Positions 47,891 to 56,279 of a stretch of 64,000 bases of DNA are shown here, in pieces. The notes beneath the pieces were generated by a model. The model was not told the origin of the DNA, did no database searches, and worked only from the letters and a program-made list of their open reading frames with translations. The DNA is taken from the NCBI GenBank assembly GCA_021787205.1, contig JAJYME010000007.1, forward strand, positions 10,334-74,333, written 5' to 3'. Position numbers and translations under genes: made by a program. The DNA is from a bacterium. GTDB lineage: Bacteria; Patescibacteriota; Minisyncoccia; UBA6257; Colwellbacteraceae. Position 1 is the first letter of the stretch; each line of letters opens with the position of its first letter.

Positions 47891-48271
47891 TTAGAGTATG
47901 TCTTTAAGGATCTTCAAGACTTTACCCATTTCAGCGTAGTCTTTTACGATGACGCCGTTGTTCTCAGGGGCATATCTGCACCTTTTCAGTTTCATATCGA
48001 CGACCCCACGATGTCTTTTCAATGCAAAAGCATCGCTCCAGTCGATCCTTATCTCACCGGTTAGCAAAAAGCAGACACCGATAGTGCCAAGCTCGCAGTT
48101 GGCGGCAAAGGCTAAGAGATCGTTTTCCTTGTCGGGTTTCAGGACGAGAGTAATCGCCGGTTGGAAGCCAGCTACTCTGAAGGTATTCAAAACCATCATC
48201 TGTTTTCCTCTGGTTTCATCATTCCTTTTAGACGTTACAGGATTACACATAAAAACACTCTCCAAATACAA
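47891..48271 (-). CDS. Hypothetical protein, divergent paralog of 47387-47767
   Basis: Own TTGACT-17-TACATT promoter and terminator. Shares F..AGF and I..DWS motifs. Alternative start at 48250. Confidence 0.65.
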   Translation of the reverse strand: MYLESVFMCNPVTSKRNDETRGKQMMVLNTFRVAGFQPAITLVLKPDKENDLLAFAANCELGTIGVCFLLTGEIRIDWSDAFALKRHRGVVDMKLKRCRYAPENNGVIVKDYAEMGKVLKILKDIL

Positions 48272-48505
48272 AATTTATTTATAGGTTTCTAGTCAAAATG
48301 TACAATATTTAACGATAAAAGTCAAGTTGGATGAGCTTATTCTTACCGAAAAAAAGCGGTCGAATCTCCTCAAACTAGGTTCCTCCCTCCTTAGCATTGT
48401 CGGCGACTTATTAAGTTTTGGACCAAGAATGAAGATATTAAAATGTTCGGTTGCCTGTCCCCTTTTCTCTATGTTAAAATTTTTTCTGATTTCACTAATT
48501 TTTTC

Positions 48506-49561
48506 ATGTTTAAAAAAATCTTCTCAAAGAGTTTCAAATTTCTTGTATATTTTTTCGCCGCCTTCGGCTTATTGCTCACCATCGGTTTCTTCGCAGTCAA
48601 ATTCGGACTGACGAAAGTCCCCGGGATGATCGACCTGAACGACAGGTTGTTCACTGAAAACAAAACAACAAAAGATTCTATCGCCAAAAAGCCGGAGAAT
48701 TCCATCTCCTCCAAAAACTTGTGCAAACTGGCTATCGTCAACAGCCTCTTTCCCTCGAATTCTTCGGCAATCATTGACGCCATCAAGTCCGGAGCGGATA
48801 ACGACAAGATAGAGTCGATGATATTCGCGATCGAAAAAGAAATGGCAAAGAACCCGAAGGTATCCCAAGCCCTCTCCGATTGCGATGCCTACCCGGAATC
48901 AGCCAACAAGAGCAATCTCTTCGCTTGGATGAACTCCGAGGATTGGACCGTCTTCGAAGAAGCGGTAAAGAAGGACTCGGAAGTGATAAATCGGATAAGC
49001 AAAGAAACAGGAGTCCCCTCCCGCATGATCGTCGGAGCCTTAGTTGGTGAACAATTAAGACTTTATAATTCGGACAGGGAAACCTTCAAGCAATTCTTCG
49101 CCCCGCTTAAGATCCTCGGAAACGAAGTCAAATTTTCCCTGGGCGTCACGGGAATCAAAGAAGAGACAGCGATGAAGATAGAGGCCAATCTCAAGGATCC
49201 CTCCTCGGTCTTTTATCCCGGACCGGAATTCGAGAATCTGCTTGATTTCAAGACCGGGAATCCCACAAATGAAAGAGTTGAAAGACTGACGGACAAAAAT
49301 AACCGCTATTATCCGTATCTCTACACCGCCCTCTTCATAAAGGAGATCGAGGCTCAATGGTCAAAAGCCGGATTCGACATCTCGAACCGCCCGGAAATCC
49401 TGGGAACCTTGTGGAACATAGGGTTCGCCAAATCAAAACCGAACCCCTCTCCCTCCACCGGCGGCGCCATAATCGATATCGATGGAAAGCAATATACTTT
49501 CGGCGGACTGGTCTATGACTTTTACTACTCCGGAAGGATGTTGAAAGAATTTCCATTTTAA
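48506..49561 (+). CDS. Membrane-anchored hypothetical protein with lysozyme/transglycosylase-like motifs
   Basis: N-terminal TM. G.LVGEQ.R followed by S.G.TGIK resembles lytic-transglycosylase motifs I and II. Start set at ATG 48506. Confidence 0.7.
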   Translation: MFKKIFSKSFKFLVYFFAAFGLLLTIGFFAVKFGLTKVPGMIDLNDRLFTENKTTKDSIAKKPENSISSKNLCKLAIVNSLFPSNSSAIIDAIKSGADNDKIESMIFAIEKEMAKNPKVSQALSDCDAYPESANKSNLFAWMNSEDWTVFEEAVKKDSEVINRISKETGVPSRMIVGALVGEQLRLYNSDRETFKQFFAPLKILGNEVKFSLGVTGIKEETAMKIEANLKDPSSVFYPGPEFENLLDFKTGNPTNERVERLTDKNNRYYPYLYTALFIKEIEAQWSKAGFDISNRPEILGTLWNIGFAKSKPNPSPSTGGAIIDIDGKQYTFGGLVYDFYYSGRMLKEFPF

Positions 49562-49640
49562 AAACCGCAAAATGCGGTTTTTTGATTATCTCATTTTTTT
49601 AGGCTAGAATGTCTTAAGATTCAAATTATTGAGCTGGCAT

Positions 49641-50921
49641 ATGAACAAAAGGTTTAGGGAAATAATAGAAAAGATGGAAAATACCGATGATAATTTCTTC
49701 GTCACCGGCCGCGCCGGCACCGGAAAATCCACCCTCCTCAAGTTCTTCAGAGAAAAGACGACAAAGAATGTCGCCGTCTTGGCACCGACAGGGATAGCTG
49801 CCCTGAATGCCGGCGGACAGACGATCCACTCCTTCTTCAGATTCCGCCCCGGAATCACCGAAGACCAGATAAAGAAGGTTTACGGCCAGCAGGCTCTTTT
49901 ATATAAAAATCTCCAGACAATCATCATTGACGAGATCTCCATGGTGAGAGCCGATATGCTTGATTTGATGGACGTGTTTCTCAGGATAAACGGACCTCGC
50001 CCCGGAAGGCTTTTTGGCGGAGTGCAGATGGTATTTTTCGGCGACCTCTTCCAGTTGCCCCCGGTCATCACCGAGAGCGAAAAAGAGTTCTTCAACCAGA
50101 AATACGACGGCATCTATTTCTTCAACTCGCAATCATGGAAGGAATCGATCTTTCTTCTGGAGGAATTGACGGATGTCTTCAGACAAAGCGACCAGAAGTT
50201 CATTTCCATCCTCGACGCCATCAGGATGAATAGCATCTCCGAGGAATCGCTGCGATACATCAATAACCAAGTGGGTGTGGAAAACGATTCAAAGATATCC
50301 CTCGTCACCACCAATGCCAAGGCGGAAAAAATCAACTTGTCGGAACTGGAGAAAATCGACGAAAAGCTGAGAATCTGCGAGGGCAGACTCACTGGGGATT
50401 TTATGGAGAAGAACTTGCCGACAGAAGAAAATTTGCAACTTAAAATCGGGGCCCAGGTAATGCTCTTGAACAATGACGCGAAGAAAAGATGGGTCAACGG
50501 AGACCTGGCCGTCGTCACCGACTTCGGCGACGAGCATATCGAGATTACGACTGAAGAAGGCATAAGACATAAGGTCACGCCTTTTACCTGGGATTCTTAC
50601 CGCTTTTCTCTCGATGAAACCTCGGGAAAGATAAAAACGGAATCAACGGGATCATTCACCCAATTCCCGATGAAGCTCGCCTGGGCAGTCACGATCCATA
50701 AAGGACAGGGGAAGACTTTTGAAAAAGCTTCCGTCGACTTGGGATTCCAAACTTTTGCCCCCGGGCAGGCGTATGTCGCCTTAAGCCGGGTAAAATCACT
50801 TGAGGGACTCTCCCTTAAGAGAGCCTTAAGGAGAAATGACATTTTTACCGATCCGGAAATAATCAAATTCATGAATGAATTCAAGATAAGATCGGCTCGC
50901 GACACTTCCTTTGATTTCTAA
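49641..50921 (+). CDS. Pif1-family SF1B DNA helicase
   Basis: GRAGTGKS, APTGIAA, IIDEISMV, GDLFQLPP, LAWAVTIHKGQG and QAYVALSR motifs. Confidence 0.93.
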   Translation: MNKRFREIIEKMENTDDNFFVTGRAGTGKSTLLKFFREKTTKNVAVLAPTGIAALNAGGQTIHSFFRFRPGITEDQIKKVYGQQALLYKNLQTIIIDEISMVRADMLDLMDVFLRINGPRPGRLFGGVQMVFFGDLFQLPPVITESEKEFFNQKYDGIYFFNSQSWKESIFLLEELTDVFRQSDQKFISILDAIRMNSISEESLRYINNQVGVENDSKISLVTTNAKAEKINLSELEKIDEKLRICEGRLTGDFMEKNLPTEENLQLKIGAQVMLLNNDAKKRWVNGDLAVVTDFGDEHIEITTEEGIRHKVTPFTWDSYRFSLDETSGKIKTESTGSFTQFPMKLAWAVTIHKGQGKTFEKASVDLGFQTFAPGQAYVALSRVKSLEGLSLKRALRRNDIFTDPEIIKFMNEFKIRSARDTSFDF

Positions 50922-50960
50922 AAACAAAAAGCGCCTCATTGAGGCGCTTTTAGGTACGTA

Positions 50961-51356
50961 TTATTCGGTAACGACCCCGTCATAGTGATCTTCGGCATCA
51001 CTCATGGCTGCAGCCTTAGTCTCGTGGACGGTCTTATCCTTGTGCTCGGGAGGGCAATAAAGAGTATAAAGCTTCATCGCCTCAGAACCGGTGTTCACAA
51101 TGTTATGCTTGACTCCAGCCGGAACCAGCACGGCGAATCCATCGCTTATTTCATACTCGACGTCGTTTAAGACAGCTTTGCCAACACCTTTTTCAATCCT
51201 TAAGAATTGATCAAGGGTGTGGATCTCTTCCCCTATCTCCTCGCCCGCAACCAGTGACATGATCACCAATTGTGAATTCTGGGCGGTGTAGAGAACTTTG
51301 CGGAAGAAGCCGTTGTCCTGCGTTTCCTTTTCTATGTTTGTTACGAAACCTTTCAT
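50961..51356 (-). CDS. Cupin domain protein
   Basis: N..FRKVLYT...QLV.M, EIGEE.H..DQF and VPAG..HN..N. Start set at ATG 51356. Confidence 0.9.
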   Translation of the reverse strand: MKGFVTNIEKETQDNGFFRKVLYTAQNSQLVIMSLVAGEEIGEEIHTLDQFLRIEKGVGKAVLNDVEYEISDGFAVLVPAGVKHNIVNTGSEAMKLYTLYCPPEHKDKTVHETKAAAMSDAEDHYDGVVTE

Positions 51357-51432
51357 ATAAAAATTATAACATATTATCAAATCTGAAACTTGATAAAAAG
51401 CGAATTTTATTGTATTCTTTAGAACAACTATT

Positions 51433-51482
51433 GCCGGTGTTTTGTCGAGAAACACGAGCGTGAAAGCGCCTAAATAACCGGC
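51433..51482 (+). promoter_or_regulatory. Candidate structured 5' leader of the ABC-F gene (three-way junction)
   Basis: GCCGG/CCGGC closing stem, TGTTT/AAACA hairpin and GCGT-GAAA-GCGC hairpin, ending 18 nt before the ATG. Confidence 0.45.
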
Positions 51483-51500
51483 TTAATTTTTTTGCATACA

Positions 51501-52973
51501 ATGGCAGGAGGAGACGTAGTTTTAAGATTTAATGACGTATCTTTCGGATACGGATATACAAAACCAATTCTAAACGAAGCCAGCTTCTCAGTAAGAAGAG
51601 GCTCAAAAATAACCATCATGGGGCAAAACGGCGCCGGGAAGAGCACCATCTTCGCGATGATTACCAAGGCTTTGCAACCCGACGAAGGCACTATAACCAT
51701 CAATGAGCGGATGTCGATCGCCATCGGAAGACAGGTAATCCCCCGAGACGAGCTAGACCTGACCGTCCTCCAGTTCTTTGAGAGGGCCTTTTCCCAAAAG
51801 GTTTACGACATTGAGCCTAGAATCAAAAAGATTCTTGAGGTTGTCAACCTTGAAACAAGCCTTGATAAGAAGGTCGGACAACATTCCGGCGGACAACAAG
51901 CCAGATTATTGCTCGCCTTCGCCTTGATCCAGAATCCGGACATCCTTCTTTTGGACGAGCCGACGAACAACCTGGATAAGGACGGCATCAGACATTTAAG
52001 AGACTTTTTGGCGGATTACAAAAAAACCGTCATTGTCATTTCTCACGATGCGGAATTCCTTAACTCCTTTACCGACGGCGTCTTATATCTTGATGTTTTC
52101 ACAAAAAAAGTGGAACAATACGCCGGCAACTACTACAACGTGGTCAAGGAAATCGAGGCTAGAATAGAAAGGGAAAGAATGCAAAACGTCCGTCTCGAAA
52201 GGGATATCGCGAACAGAAAGGAGCAGATGAACTTCTTCTCCCAAAAAGGAGGACATTTAAGAGATGTCGCCTCCAAGATGAGGGAAAAGATTGACGAGCT
52301 CGAAGAGGAGAAAGTTGATGTCAGGCAGGAAGACAAGACAATCAGGCAATTTGCAATCCTCTGCCAGGAGGATATTTCCGGAGAGCTTGTTTCCTTCTCC
52401 TCAGTTTCCGCCATCAAGGGCCACAAGAAGGTAAAGCTGCCCATCGATCTGATCTTAAAGAAGAAATCAAAGCTCTTGCTCAGGGGCCCGAACGGAGTCG
52501 GAAAGACGACCCTTCTGGAATCTATGGTCAAGAGAGAGGCTGAAGGCGTAATGATCAATCCTGATGTCAGAATCGGTTATTACAGACAAGATTTTTCCAC
52601 CCTTGATCCGGAGGCAACCGTCTATGACGCTATCGCCGAAACGATGCACCAAGGCGGAGAGCAAGAGTTAAGATCTTGCGCCGCCGGATTCCTCCTGAAT
52701 GCGGACATCCTTTCGATGAAAGTAAAACAACTTTCCGAAGGACAAAAAGGATTAGTTTCTTTTGCAAAGTTAGTTTTGCAACATCCCGGACTGCTCATAT
52801 TGGACGAGCCGACGAACCATATCAATTTCCGCCATCTGCCGATAATCGCCAAGGCTCTCGACAGATACGACGGAGCGATGATTCTCGTCTCCCATATGCC
52901 GGAGTTCGTCAATCAAATCAAAATCACGGATACGATTGACCTTGAAGAACTCCTGGAAAAGAAAGGAAAATAA
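51501..52973 (+). CDS. ABC-F family ATPase (ribosome-associated)
   Basis: Two ABC domains (GQNGAGKS/SGGQ/LDEPTNNL and GPNGVGKT/LSEGQ/LDEPTNH), an inter-domain linker and no TM segment. Confidence 0.94.
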   Translation: MAGGDVVLRFNDVSFGYGYTKPILNEASFSVRRGSKITIMGQNGAGKSTIFAMITKALQPDEGTITINERMSIAIGRQVIPRDELDLTVLQFFERAFSQKVYDIEPRIKKILEVVNLETSLDKKVGQHSGGQQARLLLAFALIQNPDILLLDEPTNNLDKDGIRHLRDFLADYKKTVIVISHDAEFLNSFTDGVLYLDVFTKKVEQYAGNYYNVVKEIEARIERERMQNVRLERDIANRKEQMNFFSQKGGHLRDVASKMREKIDELEEEKVDVRQEDKTIRQFAILCQEDISGELVSFSSVSAIKGHKKVKLPIDLILKKKSKLLLRGPNGVGKTTLLESMVKREAEGVMINPDVRIGYYRQDFSTLDPEATVYDAIAETMHQGGEQELRSCAAGFLLNADILSMKVKQLSEGQKGLVSFAKLVLQHPGLLILDEPTNHINFRHLPIIAKALDRYDGAMILVSHMPEFVNQIKITDTIDLEELLEKKGK

Positions 52974-53016
52974 AAAAACGGCTTAGTGCCGTTTTTTTAT
53001 TTTTTTAAAAGCAGAC

Positions 53017-53301
53017 AAAAAAAGTCTGCGTCCCTCAAATAAACGCAGACCTTCCGGCATCTTTTATCGGAACATTTCGCAAGAACACCCAAACCTTTTT
53101 ATAAAGAGGTTGGCTCCTCCATTGGGTAGGGTATGACCCCTTCTTATTTGAGAAGAGAACCTGCGAACCTGTTTGACTTTTGGAAGGCAAAACACCGAGC
53201 CTAACCCTCCCGGTAAGCCAAACGTAAACGATCCAGTTTAATTCCAAACCGAAGCGCCTACTGTCCACAACCGGCAAGAAGCTTTCGCCTCTTTGAGGAT
53301 T
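53017..53301 (-). ncRNA. Candidate ~285-nt structured non-coding RNA of unrecognised family
   Basis: TATAAT at 53308-53313, a terminator with a U7 tract at 53017-53050, GAAA and UUCG tetraloop hairpins, and nested stems. Confidence 0.65.
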
Positions 53302-53319
53302 AATTTTATTATATACAAA

Positions 53320-53432
53320 AAAGTGTTAAGAAAAGGTAAAAAAATTGTTAAGGAATTGTTAAGAGATATCAAAAAAACCGCATAAAATGCGGTTTTTATT
53401 TACTGCTTTTGGGAATAAAAAGTTATCCACAG
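53320..53432. repeat. Copy 2 of the 113/114-bp direct repeat, forming the upstream region of the candidate ncRNA
   Basis: Matches 33725-33838. Contains TGTTAA at 53324, 53346 and 53357, the hairpin AAAAACCGCAT-aaa-ATGCGGTTTTT, and TTATCCACA. Confidence 0.95.
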
Positions 53433-53919
53433 CGCAATGTTATTTTATGCGGCATATCTAGAGCATCTCCTTTTCCTTTTCATCAATGCGACCGCGCAGA
53501 GAAGTGGAACTAAAGCCGTGATCACGAGAAGTAAAGATGCACTGGTTTGGAAGATCGTAGCCAGTGAACTCTTTTCCCTGCCAATCAGCACCTAGAAAGC
53601 GAACATACTCGGGGTGCTGTCGGAGATAGTCGTAAAGCTGTTTTTCAGTTTCATACTCTACGATCTCATCGACATATCTGCACGCCTCGAGCCTGATCAA
53701 ACGCTCCTCTATACTTTCGACGGGCCTGCTTTTATGAGGACGATCGATGGATGGATCAGACTGAAGACCAACAACAACGTAGTCGCACATTTCAGCGACT
53801 TGCTTCAGCATCAAGAGATGACCTGCATGAAGCAGATCGAATGCTCCGCATGTAAAACCTATAGGATGTCTTTTGCTTATGTTTGTCATAAGAAATTATC
53901 CGCAGCGCAATGTTATTTT
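53423..53919. repeat. 24-bp direct repeats (53423-53446 and 53896-53919) flanking a single gene
   Basis: TTATCCACAGCGCAATGTTATTTT versus TTATCCGCAGCGCAATGTTATTTT (23/24 identical). Confidence 0.9.
53458..53889 (-). CDS. Cytidylyltransferase (TagD/glycerol-3-phosphate cytidylyltransferase-like)
   Basis: G.FDLLHAGH, VVGLQ.DP, YVDEI and R.HG.SSTSLR motifs. Confidence 0.9.
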   Translation of the reverse strand: MTNISKRHPIGFTCGAFDLLHAGHLLMLKQVAEMCDYVVVGLQSDPSIDRPHKSRPVESIEERLIRLEACRYVDEIVEYETEKQLYDYLRQHPEYVRFLGADWQGKEFTGYDLPNQCIFTSRDHGFSSTSLRGRIDEKEKEML

Positions 53920-54671
53920 TCCGAGACGATAACTTGGCTCATCTTGATCGGAGTCAGCGGTCTGTCGCCATTCCTCTGGTCCCTGGGTTGCTGAGAAATC
54001 TTATCGGCGATATCCTGGCCAGAAACGACCTTGCCGAAAATAGTGTAATTATTAGGCAAAGGATAATCCGCCACCATAATGAAGAACTGGGAACCGTTGG
54101 TATTCGGGCCAGCGTTAGCCATAGCGACGACACCCTTCTTATAGCCGGCTTTGTAGGAGTCGGTAGCAGGATTCAACTCGTCTTCAAACTTATATCCCGG
54201 GCCGCCCATTCCCGTTCCGGTCGGATCACCTCCTTGAATCATAAATCCAGGAATGACGCGATGAAAAATGACGCCATCATAGAATCCCTTGCCGGCCAAG
54301 GTAATGAAGTTTTGGACCGTCTTCGGCGCATCGGCGTCGTAGGTCTGGAAGGTAATATCTCCCAGGTCAGTTTTGATTGTTATTAAATGTTGTCCGTTCA
54401 TGATTGTTTTGTTCGTATTTGTCTTGTCGTTATTCGTTTTGGTTGCCGTTTGATCTTTCTGATTGCCGAGAGCGGGCACATCCTTATCATTTTGGCTTTC
54501 CGGCTGCCCATTAGTCGCTCCCCTACCTTCTTCAGAGTTATCGACAGCAGCGATGTTGCTAATGCTATCCTTGCCATCATTTTTGGCGGTGGCGCCAATG
54601 ATGACATAAGCCGCGCCAATAATCGCAAAAATAACAATAACGCTAAGTATCATTCTTTTCGTAGTGTCCAT
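53913..54671 (-). CDS. Cyclophilin-type peptidyl-prolyl isomerase with N-terminal membrane anchor
   Basis: APKTV.NF, FHRVI.GFMIQGGDP and MAN.GPNTNGSQFFI motifs. Confidence 0.95.
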   Translation of the reverse strand: MDTTKRMILSVIVIFAIIGAAYVIIGATAKNDGKDSISNIAAVDNSEEGRGATNGQPESQNDKDVPALGNQKDQTATKTNNDKTNTNKTIMNGQHLITIKTDLGDITFQTYDADAPKTVQNFITLAGKGFYDGVIFHRVIPGFMIQGGDPTGTGMGGPGYKFEDELNPATDSYKAGYKKGVVAMANAGPNTNGSQFFIMVADYPLPNNYTIFGKVVSGQDIADKISQQPRDQRNGDRPLTPIKMSQVIVSEK

Positions 54672-54695
54672 ATTTTTAATTATAGCAAAGACGAC

Positions 54696-55583
54696 TTACT
54701 TGATAAACTCTTGAGTCAAGTCGAATGCTTTCTCAAGTTCATCCGGCTTTAGCCAGATCACATCTTTATCTTTCTTGAACCAGGTCATCTGCCTCTTGGC
54801 ATAGGCCCTGATGGCGCTTAGAAGCTTAGTCCTCATCTCCTTGTAATCAAGATCGCCCTTGAGATAGAGGGAGAGATAGCGATATTCAAGACCAAGATCA
54901 TAAAGCCTGTCGTAGCCAACCCCGCTGCCAATCAGAGACTTCACCTCCTCAACCAAGCCGTTCTCCAACCTTTTATCCAACCTTGTCTCTATCCTCCTAT
55001 CCAGATCTTCCTTGCTCCACAAAATACCAAGTTTCAAGGCATTGAAGCGAGGTGAACGATCATACTCCGGCACCGGAGTTCCGGTGCTTAAGACTATTTC
55101 CAAAGCCCTTATCAGACGCATGGGATTATTGACATCAATCGTCTTGTAACGCTCGATATCAAGCTCCTTCAATTTTTCTGCCATTTCAGCAGTCGTCATC
55201 TTAGCCAATTCCGCCCGGATTTTCTCATCGGGCGGGACTTTGGCGAATGAGTCCTTGTAAAGAACGGCATTGATATAAAATCCGGTGCCGCCGCAGAGGA
55301 TCGGCAGCCTGCCGCGCGATTCGATATAATCAACCGCTTCCAGGGCCAGTCTCTCATAATCAGAGATGGTAAAGACAGATGAGACATCGGCCACATCCAA
55401 AAGATAATGCGGAATCCCCTTCATCTCTTCACCGGTGATCTTACCGGTGCCGATGTCGAGTCCGGTATAAACCTGGCGCGAATCGGCGGAGATGACCTCC
55501 CCGTTGAATTTTAAAGCAAGCTCGACTGCCAGGTCTGATTTTCCCGAGGCGGTCGGACCTACCACTGCGATTATTTTCTTCAT
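54696..55583 (-). CDS. miaA: tRNA dimethylallyltransferase
   Basis: GPTASGKS, SADSRQVY..LDIGT.K, GGTGFY and YAKRQ.TW motifs. Confidence 0.97.
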   Translation of the reverse strand: MKKIIAVVGPTASGKSDLAVELALKFNGEVISADSRQVYTGLDIGTGKITGEEMKGIPHYLLDVADVSSVFTISDYERLALEAVDYIESRGRLPILCGGTGFYINAVLYKDSFAKVPPDEKIRAELAKMTTAEMAEKLKELDIERYKTIDVNNPMRLIRALEIVLSTGTPVPEYDRSPRFNALKLGILWSKEDLDRRIETRLDKRLENGLVEEVKSLIGSGVGYDRLYDLGLEYRYLSLYLKGDLDYKEMRTKLLSAIRAYAKRQMTWFKKDKDVIWLKPDELEKAFDLTQEFIK

Positions 55584-56203
55584 ATTCCTCCTTGCGTCAG
55601 ATACCAGTCGTGGTTGTTCTCGTAATGTTTCTTCTTGTATTCGATGACGTAATAATTTCCTCTCTTGATCTCTATCCTGTCAAAGATGGAATAAAAGAGA
55701 TCAAGCTCCTCCCCCTTTCTGCCTAAGACGACCGAGGAGACGATAAACTTTATTATAGAATTATGGGTGACCCATAAGACATTGGTATTGGTGCCGTGGC
55801 ATTTTATCATCAAATCCAAGGCGCTATTGATCCTGCATTTGATTTCGTTGAACGATTCCCCTTCTTCCATCTTCCAGTCCGGGTCAAGCCTCTCTTGCTT
55901 GATGATGTCCCAAGGAAGGTTCCTCCTGCTCTCAATATTGAACCACTCCGGATCCTGTTTTTCCCGGATGAGCGGATTCTCATTCATCAAAACCTTCCCG
56001 TAGCCGCCAAAGCGGGAAACGATGATATCGGCGGTCTGCTTCGCCCTCAAATGAGGGCTGTAATAGACTACGCTGATATCGGCGCTTTTCAACATCCGAC
56101 TCAGTTTCTCCGATTGACTTACGCCTTCGTCCGTCAACGGAGGATCGGATTCTTCTGCCGATCTTTTTCGGCACTCGCCATGTCGCAGAAGATACAATTT
56201 CAT
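55580..56203 (-). CDS. Histidine phosphatase family protein
   Basis: LLRHGE, PLT..G..Q, SP..RA.QTA, GES and VTH motifs. Confidence 0.92.
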   Translation of the reverse strand: MKLYLLRHGECRKRSAEESDPPLTDEGVSQSEKLSRMLKSADISVVYYSPHLRAKQTADIIVSRFGGYGKVLMNENPLIREKQDPEWFNIESRRNLPWDIIKQERLDPDWKMEEGESFNEIKCRINSALDLMIKCHGTNTNVLWVTHNSIIKFIVSSVVLGRKGEELDLFYSIFDRIEIKRGNYYVIEYKKKHYENNHDWYLTQGGI

Positions 56204-56279
56204 GAATTTATATAATCATTTTTAGGATTTTAAGTCAATTTTAGACGCCAAAATCCCGGGCTAGCCGGGATTTTCGTTA

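Noticed and set aside
48327-48450. Possible small gene or RNA between divergent promoters
   Set aside because: I found no convincing structure, start signal or motif. The region remains unexplained but unsupported as a feature.
53035-53277. 80-aa ORF on the minus strand
   Set aside because: It has a TTG start inside a helix and no motifs, and the sequence is dominated by tetraloop hairpins, so the RNA interpretation is preferred.
33725-53432. A 19.7-kb prophage or genomic island bounded by the 114-bp repeats
   Set aside because: The interior holds core genes (mraY, scpAB, dnaX, tRNA) and no integrase or phage structural genes.
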